Below, piece after piece: positions 32,471-42,527 of a DNA stretch of 64,000 nucleotides (the first letter of the stretch is position 1; each line of letters starts with the position of its first letter). The notes under the pieces were generated by a model. That model did no database searches and was not told where the DNA came from. It was given only the letters and a program-made list of their open reading frames with translations. Made by a program: the position numbers and the translations under genes. The stretch comes from an uncultured Actinomycetota bacterium (GTDB lineage Bacteria > Actinomycetota > Actinomycetes > JAHEKZ01), in NCBI GenBank assembly GCA_963829525.1, contig CAWHIJ010000003.1:1632001-1696000 (forward strand), in the 5' to 3' direction.

Positions 32471-32510
32471 GTGGATCCGCCCAGGGCTTTGATCACTCGG
32501 AAGGAACCTG

Positions 32511-33371
32511 ATGCTCCGCGTTGCTGTCCCCAACAAGGGATCGCTGGCCGAACCGGCTTCGCACATGCTGCGCGAAGCCGGTTACCGGCAGCGCACACAG
32601 GCCCGCGAACTGGTGCTGCACGACCCTGAGAACGACACCGAGTTCTTCTTTCTGCGCCCCCGTGACATCGCGACATACGTCGGATCAGGGCAGCTGGACG
32701 TCGGGATCACCGGGCGCGACCTGCTGCTCGACAGCGGGACAGCCGCCCACGAGCTGATGCCACTGGGTTTCGGAGCCTCGACCTTCCGTTTTGCCGCGTT
32801 GCCAGGCACCGCCTCAGCCACAGCCGAGATCGATGGGCTCCGAGTGGCAACGTCGTATCCGGGGTTGGTGGGGCAGTACCTCACCGACCGCGGGGTGACT
32901 GCTGCTGTGATTCGCCTCGACGGCGCCGTCGAGACCTCGGTACGGCTCGGAGTCGCAGATGTGATCGCCGACGTCGTGGAGACTGGATCGACGCTTCGAC
33001 AGGCTGGGCTGGAGGTATTCGGCGAACCCATCTTGCGGAGCGAGGCCGTCCTGATCCGCGGTGATGGTGTGACGGGAGCCGACCCAGATGTGGAGACGGC
33101 AGTCGATCAGCTTCAGCGTCGGCTCAACGGCGTCATGGTGGCAGCGACGTACGTGATCATGGACTACGACGTCCCGTCGACTTTGGTCGAACGGGCCTGC
33201 GCCATCACTCCCGGCATCGAGTCGCCGACAATATCGCCGCTCCACGACGTGTCTTGGGTCGCGGTGCGCGCCTTGGTTCCGCGACCTGAGACGAATAAGG
33301 TGATGGACGATCTTTACGACCTCGGGGCGCGGGGGATTTTGGTCACCGACATCCACGCCTGTCGACTCTGA
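32511..33371 (+). CDS. hisG: ATP phosphoribosyltransferase (long form)
   Basis: [56 protein letters not shown]. Confidence 0.97.
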   Translation: MLRVAVPNKGSLAEPASHMLREAGYRQRTQARELVLHDPENDTEFFFLRPRDIATYVGSGQLDVGITGRDLLLDSGTAAHELMPLGFGASTFRFAALPGTASATAEIDGLRVATSYPGLVGQYLTDRGVTAAVIRLDGAVETSVRLGVADVIADVVETGSTLRQAGLEVFGEPILRSEAVLIRGDGVTGADPDVETAVDQLQRRLNGVMVAATYVIMDYDVPSTLVERACAITPGIESPTISPLHDVSWVAVRALVPRPETNKVMDDLYDLGARGILVTDIHACRL

Positions 33372-33954
33372 CGAGCCGGCTGACGAGGATCAAGTCTGCA
33401 TCCCGGAGTGCTCGCTTGCTCTGCCACGTGGCGTAGATGTCCGGCTGCTCGTGGTAGAGCACGATGTGGGGTCGTAAGGGTGCGCCACACGCAAGGCATG
33501 AGGGTGGGAGCCTCGTCGCCCCCGCGAAGCTCAAAATCTCCGGCTGGCTCCCCGCTTCACACAAGGTGCATCCCACGCGAAGCACACTGCCGTGCAGCTC
33601 AAGTGCATCGGTGTCACCAGCCCGCTGGTGCAGTCCGTCGACGTTCATTGTCGCCAGAGCCGATGGCCTGCCGCGCTCAGCCAACTCGCGCCGCGCCGCG
33701 ACGATCGCATGATGGGCTTGGTTTGGCACGGAGCCGGCAGCGGCCGACGCCATATCCAGGGCCCCGCCCCACAGCTGAGGCAAGCTGTCGGGAAGATTCT
33801 CAGCGTCGAGGACCTCGGCCAGATCTGCGGCCAAGGTCCGGCCGTCGGTGCGGTACTGCGGTAGCCCGGAACCGACCGAAACGCCTGCACCCGTCAGGAA
33901 GTACACCTGCCGATAGCGACCGAGACGCAGACCTTTTGACTGACGTCTCCCCAT
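33343..33954 (-). pseudogene. Sir2/CobB-family NAD-dependent deacylase, C-terminally truncated
   Basis: LTGAGVSVGSGLPQYR, PNQAH, TMNVDGLHQRAG, ELHGS, CxxC..CxxC, LRPHIVLYHE, ADLILV, then unrelated residues running into the hisG 3' end; the GTS and later NAD-binding motifs are missing. Confidence 0.75.
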
Positions 33955-34023
33955 GCTTGTGATGTCGGAGGCCCACAGTGAACGATGTTGCGCCGGGAGA
34001 GTTAGCCCGGGGACTAACCTCTT

Positions 34024-34836
34024 ATGGTGAACGAGCCACCATCGAAACCGCGATTTTCCGGAGCGCCCGTCCCGACGCCGCCCATTCCCGACGACGATGG
34101 TGCCGTCTCTGGAGTTCTCGCTGGGCGACTGGACGCCTTCGCCGTCGGGTCAGTGGGCGCCGATCAAGTCCTCGAAGCTCTTTGCAGATCGCGGCTCTTC
34201 GTCCCAGTCATCGCCGTCCTCGACGAGTCTGAGGTCGACGCGGACGGCCTGCGCCATGAGAAGAGCTCGTCGATGGCAACAGTCCTGGTGCAGAACCCAG
34301 CTGGTGGGCGCGCGTTGTTGGCGTTCAGCAGCATCGACTCGCTGACCCGTTGGCGCGCAGAGGCCCGGCCGGTGCCACTGGCCGCACCTTTGGCGGCGCG
34401 GGCTGCGGTCGACGAAGGTGCAGAGACGTTGCTGATCGACGTCGCTGGGCCGGTACCGTTTGGGCTTGTCGGCCCTGAGTTGCTACTCGTCGCCGCTGTT
34501 TCACGTTCGCCAGGTGAGCCGTGTGACGACCCGGTACTGATCGCGGCGCTGCGTCGCCTGGTCAGCGGCGAGGATCGCATCGTGTCGGCGACCCTGCTTC
34601 CAGCGAGCGCGCGTCAGGCGAGCGGGCGTCCGGCTGCCGAAGACGGGGTCGGCGACGACGCATCCCCCGCCATCCTCACTCTCGGGATCGAGGGTGCAGA
34701 TCGGTCGTGGCTCGGCCCATTCGTTCAGCAGCTCGCCTCCGACCGGGTAGTAGCTCGGTTGCTGCCGACGGGGCTGCGAGTCAACGACGTCCCTGCATCC
34801 GCCATGGCAGACACGCCGGGCTCAGTGCTCGTGTAA
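34024..34836 (+). CDS. SseB family protein
   Basis: PDDDG, SRLFVPVIAVL, HEKSSSMA, GGRALLAFSS, RWRAEARPVP, LIDVAGP. Confidence 0.8.
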   Translation: MVNEPPSKPRFSGAPVPTPPIPDDDGAVSGVLAGRLDAFAVGSVGADQVLEALCRSRLFVPVIAVLDESEVDADGLRHEKSSSMATVLVQNPAGGRALLAFSSIDSLTRWRAEARPVPLAAPLAARAAVDEGAETLLIDVAGPVPFGLVGPELLLVAAVSRSPGEPCDDPVLIAALRRLVSGEDRIVSATLLPASARQASGRPAAEDGVGDDASPAILTLGIEGADRSWLGPFVQQLASDRVVARLLPTGLRVNDVPASAMADTPGSVLV

Positions 34837-34863
34837 CGGCAGCCGTTCTGCCACTGTTCGCCC

Positions 34864-35586
34864 ATGACAGACGACCTCACCCGCAAGCTTCTGGCCGAGT
34901 TCCTTGGAACTTTCGCTCTTGTCTTCCTCGCGGTCGGTACCGCCGTCGTGGCTGGAGCCGTCGACTCCGGTCTTGTCGCCGTTGCGCTCGCATTTGGCCT
35001 GGTGCTGACCTTCGGGGCGTACGCGTTTGGCCCAATCAGCGGCTGCCACGTCAACCCGGCCGTGACGATCGCGATGATCGTCAACAACCGCATCGACGCC
35101 ATCGTCGGCGGGCTCTACATCGTCGTGCAGTTCCTTGGCGCCATCACTGGTGCGTTCTTTCTGTGGCTGAGCGTCGAGTACTTCGACGTCGTTGACCAGA
35201 CAGGTGCACTCGGCTCGAATGGGTACGGGCCGGGCACCGGCGTGAACCTGGCTGGTGCGCTGGTCATCGAGGCGCTGCTCACCATGTTCTTCGTACTGGC
35301 CGTCCTGCTGCTCACCGACAAGGCGAGCAGTCCGGTGATGGCTGGCGTCGGGATCGGAGCGGCCCTTGCCGCGTGCCACATGATTGGCATCGGTCTCACC
35401 GGAACCTCGGTCAATCCGGCGCGTTCGTTCGGGCCGGCGCTCTTTGCCGGCGGCACCGCGCTCTCGCAGGTTTGGGTCTTCCTGTTGGCACCTGCGATCG
35501 GTGGGCTGCTGGCTGCTGTCATCTACCGACTGACCAGGGCGGCGGAGTCCGCTGCGGAGCCGGCGCCGGACTCCGCCGCGAGCTAG
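34864..35586 (+). CDS. aqpZ: MIP channel, aquaporin Z-like
   Basis: AEFLGTFALVF, ISGCHVNPAVT, TGTSVNPARSFGPA; filter residues H, T and R as in AqpZ. Confidence 0.85.
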   Translation: MTDDLTRKLLAEFLGTFALVFLAVGTAVVAGAVDSGLVAVALAFGLVLTFGAYAFGPISGCHVNPAVTIAMIVNNRIDAIVGGLYIVVQFLGAITGAFFLWLSVEYFDVVDQTGALGSNGYGPGTGVNLAGALVIEALLTMFFVLAVLLLTDKASSPVMAGVGIGAALAACHMIGIGLTGTSVNPARSFGPALFAGGTALSQVWVFLLAPAIGGLLAAVIYRLTRAAESAAEPAPDSAAS

Positions 35587-35602
35587 CGCGAAAGCGCGCT
35601 CG

Positions 35603-35647
35603 AGGCTGGGCTATCTCCAGGCTGGGCCATCTCCAGGCTGGGCCATC
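35603..35647 (+). repeat. 16-bp tandem repeat x2.8 between the convergent aqpZ and DUF1844 stops
   Basis: aggctgggctatctcc/aggctgggccatctcc/aggctgggccatc. Confidence 0.9.
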
Positions 35648-36065
35648 AGGAGTACACCGGGCCGGTCAGGTCCTCTCCTGGGCCAGTTCCTGGGGCGTCG
35701 GGGATCGGTGACGCTTCACGGAAGGCCAGCTGGAGGGTCTTCAGCGCGTCTCGCAAGGGTGCGGCGTGGAACGTACCGAGCCTGGGAGCGGCTGCAGTAA
35801 TCAGGCCCGCCAGCGCGGTGATCAGCGTCCTGGCCTCGTCGAGATCGGTCTCGTCGGCCGGGCCAACGACAGGGCCTCCGGTGAGGTCGCTGCCCGCGGC
35901 CGGCGCCGAGCCGAGGCCGACCTTTACCGCAGCAGCACTCATCAGGTGCAGCGCCACCGTGGTGACCACCTCGACAGCGGGGACGTCAGCGATGTCCCGC
36001 AGCGCCTCGGCCGGGTGTGTGCTGGCCGGGTCGGGGGCGTCCGATTTGGGGGAGTGGGCGGTCAC
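35646..36065 (-). CDS. DUF1844-like conserved actinobacterial protein
   Basis: RDIADVPAVEVV..HLMSAAAVKVGL..DLDEARTLITALAGLI..LRDALKTLQLAFREAS..PGTGPGE..TGPV; divergent from infC. Confidence 0.8.
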   Translation of the reverse strand: MTAHSPKSDAPDPASTHPAEALRDIADVPAVEVVTTVALHLMSAAAVKVGLGSAPAAGSDLTGGPVVGPADETDLDEARTLITALAGLITAAAPRLGTFHAAPLRDALKTLQLAFREASPIPDAPGTGPGEDLTGPVYS

Positions 36066-36088
36066 CCTGGTAGCCTCTCATCTTGACC

Positions 36089-36316
36089 GATCCGGTCCAC
36101 CGCCGGATCTGCAAGCGGAGGCTCGCCTCCCACCCGCATCGACCGCCGCGCTCCTGATCGGAGCGGCTCCCTAGGTCGTCGGGTTCGGTCAGTGCCTCTG
36201 GTGCCCTCTGGGGCGCCAAGGGCGCAGGTGGCGCGGGTGCTGTACCGGCTGTCCTTCAGCCGCCGTGCCATGACCGTTCGGGCCCCCGTCTGCACTGGCA
36301 CGGGGGCCTTCCTTGT
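36089..36316 (+). ncRNA. Putative L20-leader-like cis-regulatory RNA of infC-rpmI-rplT
   Basis: -10 TAGCCT (36071-36076); hairpin GATCCGG/CCGGATC; GCAAGC-GGAGGC-TC-GCCTCC-CACCCGC with CACCCGC pairing to GCGGGTG (36233-36239); then a terminator-like stem. Confidence 0.6.
36281..36316 (+). terminator. Terminator/attenuator-like hairpin in the infC leader
   Basis: GGCCCCCGT (36281-36289) / ACGGGGGCC (36300-36308) followed by TTCCTTGT. Confidence 0.55.
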
Positions 36317-36329
36317 GTCCGGGTCAGGC

Positions 36330-36417
36330 TGTGTCACCGAACAAGCTGTTACCCGAACAACCTGTGTCACCCGAACAACCTGTGTCACCCGAACAAGCAT
36401 CTGTCACCCGAACAAGG
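36330..36417 (+). repeat. Five ~18-bp tandem repeats (TGTGTCACCCGAACAA) ending in the infC SD
   Basis: tgtgtcaccgaacaagc/tgttacccgaacaacc/tgtgtcacccgaacaacc/tgtgtcacccgaacaagc/atctgtcacccgaacaagg. Confidence 0.92.
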
Positions 36418-36424
36418 AGTGCTC

Positions 36425-37072
36425 ATCAGCGCTGAAACTCGCATCAACGACCGGATCCGCGTCCCTGAGGTGCGACTGGTCGGTCCGAACGGCGAACAGG
36501 TCGGAATCGTCCGGATCGAGGATGCCCTGCGGCTTGCGCAGGAGTCTGACCTCGACCTCGTCGAGGTGGCTCCGATGGCTCGCCCGCCGGTCGCCAAGCT
36601 CATGGACTACGGCAAGTTCAAGTACGAGTCCGCGATGAAGGACCGTGAGGCCCGTAAGAACCAGGCCCACACCATCATCAAGGAGATGAAGCTTCGCCCG
36701 AAGATCGACCAGCACGACTACGAGACCAAGAAGGGTCACGTCGTGCGCTTCCTCAAGGCCGGCGACAAGGTCAAGATCACGATCATGTTCCGCGGACGCG
36801 AGCAGAGTCGCCCCGAGCTCGGCTTTCGCCTGCTGCAGAAGCTGGCCGAGGACGTCTCGGAGCTCGGTTTCGTCGAGTCGTCGCCCAAACAGGACGGCCG
36901 CAACATGGTGATGGTGCTCGGTCCGACCCGCCGCAAGGCCGACGTCATGGCTGAGCAGCGTGCCGAGCGTGAGACACGCAAGCACGACGCCGACGCCGAG
37001 CACGATGCGGCAATCGCTGCCGCCGGCGATGTCGAAGGCGTCGAAGCCACCCCAGAGAGCAGCCAGACCTAG
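36425..37072 (+). CDS. infC: Translation initiation factor IF-3 (probable ATC start)
   Basis: [55 protein letters not shown]; SD AAGGAG 5 nt before ATC 36425. Confidence 0.97.
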   Translation: MSAETRINDRIRVPEVRLVGPNGEQVGIVRIEDALRLAQESDLDLVEVAPMARPPVAKLMDYGKFKYESAMKDREARKNQAHTIIKEMKLRPKIDQHDYETKKGHVVRFLKAGDKVKITIMFRGREQSRPELGFRLLQKLAEDVSELGFVESSPKQDGRNMVMVLGPTRRKADVMAEQRAERETRKHDADAEHDAAIAAAGDVEGVEATPESSQT

Positions 37073-37147
37073 ACCCCGGCCACGGCCGACACACGCCGCT
37101 GGTGCTCCCCATGGACACCGACGATCACACCCAGGAGAGATGAAGAC

Positions 37148-37342
37148 ATGCCGAAGATGAAGACACACAGCGGCACCAAGAAGCGCATCCGGGTTACCGG
37201 AAGCGGCAAGTTGATGCGGCAGCGGGCCAACCGGCGCCACCTCCTTGAGTACAAGTCGAGCCGCCGCACCCGCCGTCTCGCTGGCGATGTCGAACTGTCC
37301 AAGGCCGACACCAAGAAGGTCAAGAAGCTGCTCGGTCGCTGA
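37148..37342 (+). CDS. rpmI: 50S ribosomal protein L35
   Basis: [35 protein letters not shown]. Confidence 0.97.
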   Translation: MPKMKTHSGTKKRIRVTGSGKLMRQRANRRHLLEYKSSRRTRRLAGDVELSKADTKKVKKLLGR

Positions 37343-37407
37343 GTTTCGCACTGAGCCCTTCGCCCCGAACCCCCAACGCCCGCAGCCCAACCCGCAGGAG
37401 ACATCTC

Positions 37408-37788
37408 ATGGCCCGCGTCAAGCGCGCAGTCAACGCTCAGAAGAAGCGTCGCACCACCCTCGCCCGTGCAGAGGGCTACCGCGGTCAGCGGTCGCGTCTC
37501 TACCGCAAGGCGAAGGAGCAGGTAACCCACTCGCTGGGCTACTCCTACCGTGACCGCAAAGCGCGCAAGGGTGACTTCCGTCGGCTCTGGATCCAGCGCA
37601 TCAACGCTGCCTCCCGCCAGCACGGCCTCACCTACAACCGCTTCGTGCAGGGATTGAAGGCTGCCGGCCTCGAGGTCGACCGCCGGATGCTGGCCGACCT
37701 GGCCGTCAACGACCCGAAGGCGTTTGAGTCGCTGGTCGAGACCGCCAAGGCGGCTCTTCCAGCCGATCGCAACGCGCCGGCGGCCTGA
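37408..37788 (+). CDS. rplT: 50S ribosomal protein L20
   Basis: [45 protein letters not shown]. Confidence 0.98.
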   Translation: MARVKRAVNAQKKRRTTLARAEGYRGQRSRLYRKAKEQVTHSLGYSYRDRKARKGDFRRLWIQRINAASRQHGLTYNRFVQGLKAAGLEVDRRMLADLAVNDPKAFESLVETAKAALPADRNAPAA

Positions 37789-37826
37789 TCGCTGCTGGTC
37801 GCACCCAGGCCAGGAAACTCATCGAC

Positions 37827-38642
37827 GTGGCGGGCCCCGAGCTCACCGACCCGAGCAGTGCGCGGGTTCGGCGGCTCCGGCGGCTCGCCCGTCGTGCTTC
37901 TCGGGCCGATGAGCAACAGTTCCTCGCCGAAGGCGCGCAGGCGGTGCGCGAGGCCCTTGGCGCCTCGCGGGACGGCAACGCTCACGTGTGTGAGCTGCTC
38001 GTCACGCCAGCTGCGGCGCAGCGTCACCCCGATCTGGTCGCGCTGGCGGATGCCGCCGCGGTGCCGGTAACTGTCGCGTCCGACACCGTTCTTGACGCCC
38101 TCTCCGAGACGGTGACGCCGCAGGGGCTGGTTGCAGTCGTCGACTTCCTCTACAGCAGTCTTGAGACGCTCACCGCCCGAGAGCTGCGATTGGTTGCGGT
38201 CCTTGCCGATGTCCGTGACCCCGGTAACGCCGGCTCCGTCATCCGCGCAGCGGACGCAGCCGGTGCCGATGCCGTCGTCTTCGCAGGCGACTCGGTCGAC
38301 CCGTACAACGGCAAAGCAGTGCGCGCCTCGGTCGGGGGACTGTTCCACCTGCCGATCGTCACGGGTGTCACGACATCAGCTGCGGTCGAGGCCCTGCGCG
38401 GCGCAGGGCTCTCGATCCTGGTCGCCGATGGTTCGGGGGAGCGCGACCTCGACACTGCAGAGATGCTGGATCGTCCGACAGCCTGGGTGTTCGGCAACGA
38501 GGCATGGGGTGTCCCGGCCGACATCGTGCGAGCGGCGGACGCTGCGGTGCGAATCCCGATCTATGGCAGGGCGGAGAGCCTCAACCTCGCCACGGCAGCC
38601 GCACTCTGTCTCTACGCGAGCGCCAGAGCGCAGCGCCAGTAA
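37827..38642 (+). CDS. TrmH/SpoU-family RNA methyltransferase
   Basis: FLAEG, TVTPQG, VRDPGNAGSVIRAADAAG, FGNEAWG, RIPIYGRAESLNLA. Confidence 0.92.
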   Translation: MAGPELTDPSSARVRRLRRLARRASRADEQQFLAEGAQAVREALGASRDGNAHVCELLVTPAAAQRHPDLVALADAAAVPVTVASDTVLDALSETVTPQGLVAVVDFLYSSLETLTARELRLVAVLADVRDPGNAGSVIRAADAAGADAVVFAGDSVDPYNGKAVRASVGGLFHLPIVTGVTTSAAVEALRGAGLSILVADGSGERDLDTAEMLDRPTAWVFGNEAWGVPADIVRAADAAVRIPIYGRAESLNLATAAALCLYASARAQRQ

Positions 38643-38682
38643 CCGCAGCGCCAGTAACCGCAGCGCCAGTAACCGCAGCGCC
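38629..38682 (+). repeat. 15-bp tandem repeat x3.6 triplicating the methyltransferase stop codon
   Basis: cgcagcgccagtaac x3 + cgcagcgcc. Confidence 0.95.
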
Positions 38683-38733
38683 CGACGCAACGGACGAGCG
38701 CCTCATCGGCGCACGACAGACGATCCGGTCGGT

Positions 38734-38755
38734 TGTCGGGGGTGACGGCTAGCCT
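38734..38755 (+). promoter_or_regulatory. PafBC-dependent (RecA-NDp) DNA-damage promoter motif
   Basis: TGTCGG-GGGTGACGGC-TA-GCC-T is an exact match to TGTCGG-N10-TA-N3-T, 95 bp upstream of the HNH gene ATG. Confidence 0.75.
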
Positions 38756-38850
38756 GGTTTCAACGGTCGAAGGATCCCGATCCTCCGGCAGGCGAGCACC
38801 ATCTGGCTCACGGCGACTCCATCCCAACGCCCCGTGTCTGGAAGGCCGCC

Positions 38851-40110
38851 ATGTTCTGTCCGCCGATTCCCGAGCCGCTGGACGCGGTGCTGCGCGAGGT
38901 CCGCGCGTGGGGCGACGGCACTGGTGCCTCGGGTGCCACGGACCGGGTCGCGTGGGTGGCTGGGCTTCGTCAGCTCGTGGACGCAGCGGAGTCGGTGTAC
39001 CTCCAGGTCCTCTCCGACGTGGACGCCAACGGCGACGCCGAACTGCTGCACGGCGCTTGCAGTACGGCGTCGTGGCTGCAGGGTGCCTTGCACCTGGCGC
39101 CAGGTGAGGCAGGCACTCACGTCAGGGTGGCAAGAGCGGGGCGGGACCTGCTTGCCCCCGCAGTTGCCGAGCTCCGCGAAGGGCGGGTCAGCATCGATCA
39201 CCTCGCCGCTGTCGAGCGGTCGGTGCGCCGGCTCCCGGCCGATGTCGTCACCGAGGCGGCCGCAACGCTCATCGAGCTGGCGCCTCTCGTCGACGTCGGA
39301 CGCCTCCGCACCGCCGGTCGCGCGCTGCAGCATGCCGTCGACCCCGACGGAGCGTTCCGTGAGTGCGAGCGGCAGTTCGACCGTCGCTACCTGCAGCTCG
39401 CACCGCTGCTCGACGGGATGGTGGCCGTCGACGGGCTCCTTGACCCAGAAGGTGCCGCAGCAGTCGACGCAGCGCTCGCACCCTTCCTCGTCCCGGTTGG
39501 AGACCACGACCTTCGTACGGCCGCTCAACGCCGTGCTGATGGTTTCGTCGAGGTTGCGCGCTCGGCGATGGACTCCGATGCCGCCACGACGCTCTCAGGT
39601 CAGCCGGTGCAGCTGCAGGTGTTGGTGTCGTGGCGCACCCTGATGTCGACCGCCGATCCGGCACCGACCCCTGCCACTCCGCTCCTGGGCCAATCTCTGC
39701 GTGAAGGACTTCCCCTGACACCCCACGCGGCCGAGCGACTCGGCTGCGATGCTGCAGTTGCCCGCCTCGTGTTCGGCCCCGACGGCGTCCCGCTCGATCT
39801 TGGGCGCAGTCAGCGGCTCTTCTCGCCGGCCCAGCGCCGCGCACTTGCCATCCGGGACGGCGGCTGCAGGTTCCCCGGCTGCACACGCCCGTCGCGATTC
39901 ACCGACGCGCACCACATTTTGCCGTGGTCACACGGTGGTGCTTCTGATCTCGACAACGCCCTGCTCCTCTGCCGCCACCACCATCGCCTCGTTCACGAGG
40001 GTGGCTGGCGAATCGTCGGCCCGAAGAGATCACACCCAGTCTCCGCGACCGATCCCGTCGTGTTCTGTGGCCCGGCCGGTCAGTTGTTGACGGAGGCGCG
40101 AGCTCCCTGA
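38851..40110 (+). CDS. DUF222-domain / HNH endonuclease (13E12/REP13E12-type)
   Basis: STASWL, VDPDGA, LDGMVAVDGLLDPE, DLRTAAQRRADGFV, RLGCDA, PLDLGR, RDGGCRFPGC..DAHHILPWSHGGASDLDNALLLCRHHHRLVH, ends EARAP. Confidence 0.92.
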   Translation: MFCPPIPEPLDAVLREVRAWGDGTGASGATDRVAWVAGLRQLVDAAESVYLQVLSDVDANGDAELLHGACSTASWLQGALHLAPGEAGTHVRVARAGRDLLAPAVAELREGRVSIDHLAAVERSVRRLPADVVTEAAATLIELAPLVDVGRLRTAGRALQHAVDPDGAFRECERQFDRRYLQLAPLLDGMVAVDGLLDPEGAAAVDAALAPFLVPVGDHDLRTAAQRRADGFVEVARSAMDSDAATTLSGQPVQLQVLVSWRTLMSTADPAPTPATPLLGQSLREGLPLTPHAAERLGCDAAVARLVFGPDGVPLDLGRSQRLFSPAQRRALAIRDGGCRFPGCTRPSRFTDAHHILPWSHGGASDLDNALLLCRHHHRLVHEGGWRIVGPKRSHPVSATDPVVFCGPAGQLLTEARAP

Positions 40111-40281
40111 CCGCACAGGTGTGATGAACCACGCCGGGGCGGATCGGCGAGAGGCAGCCTTCTCCGACAGCGCGCCTCCGACTGCGTTGCGCCGCATGTC
40201 TCGACCTGAGTCCGGGACACCGCGATGACGTCGCCCGTGCGGCTCTGCGAATCCGCGGCCCACTCCTGACACAATCCGATC

Positions 40282-42526
<2,245 letters not shown>

Positions 42527-42527
<1 letters not shown>

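Noticed and set aside
33963-33984. Second PafBC motif near the sirtuin/sseB promoters
   Set aside because: TGTCGG-N10 is followed by TGAACG rather than TANNNT, and it faces away from the sirtuin.
36330-36417. Repeat array as a possible mini-CRISPR
   Set aside because: Units are ~18 bp and directly abutting, with no unique spacers and no cas genes. The same applies to the other arrays.
38684-40200. Terminal inverted repeats around the second HNH gene (GACGCAACG / CGTTGCGCC)
   Set aside because: The match is only 7-8 bp in GC-rich DNA with no flanking target duplication, which is insufficient to call a mobile element.
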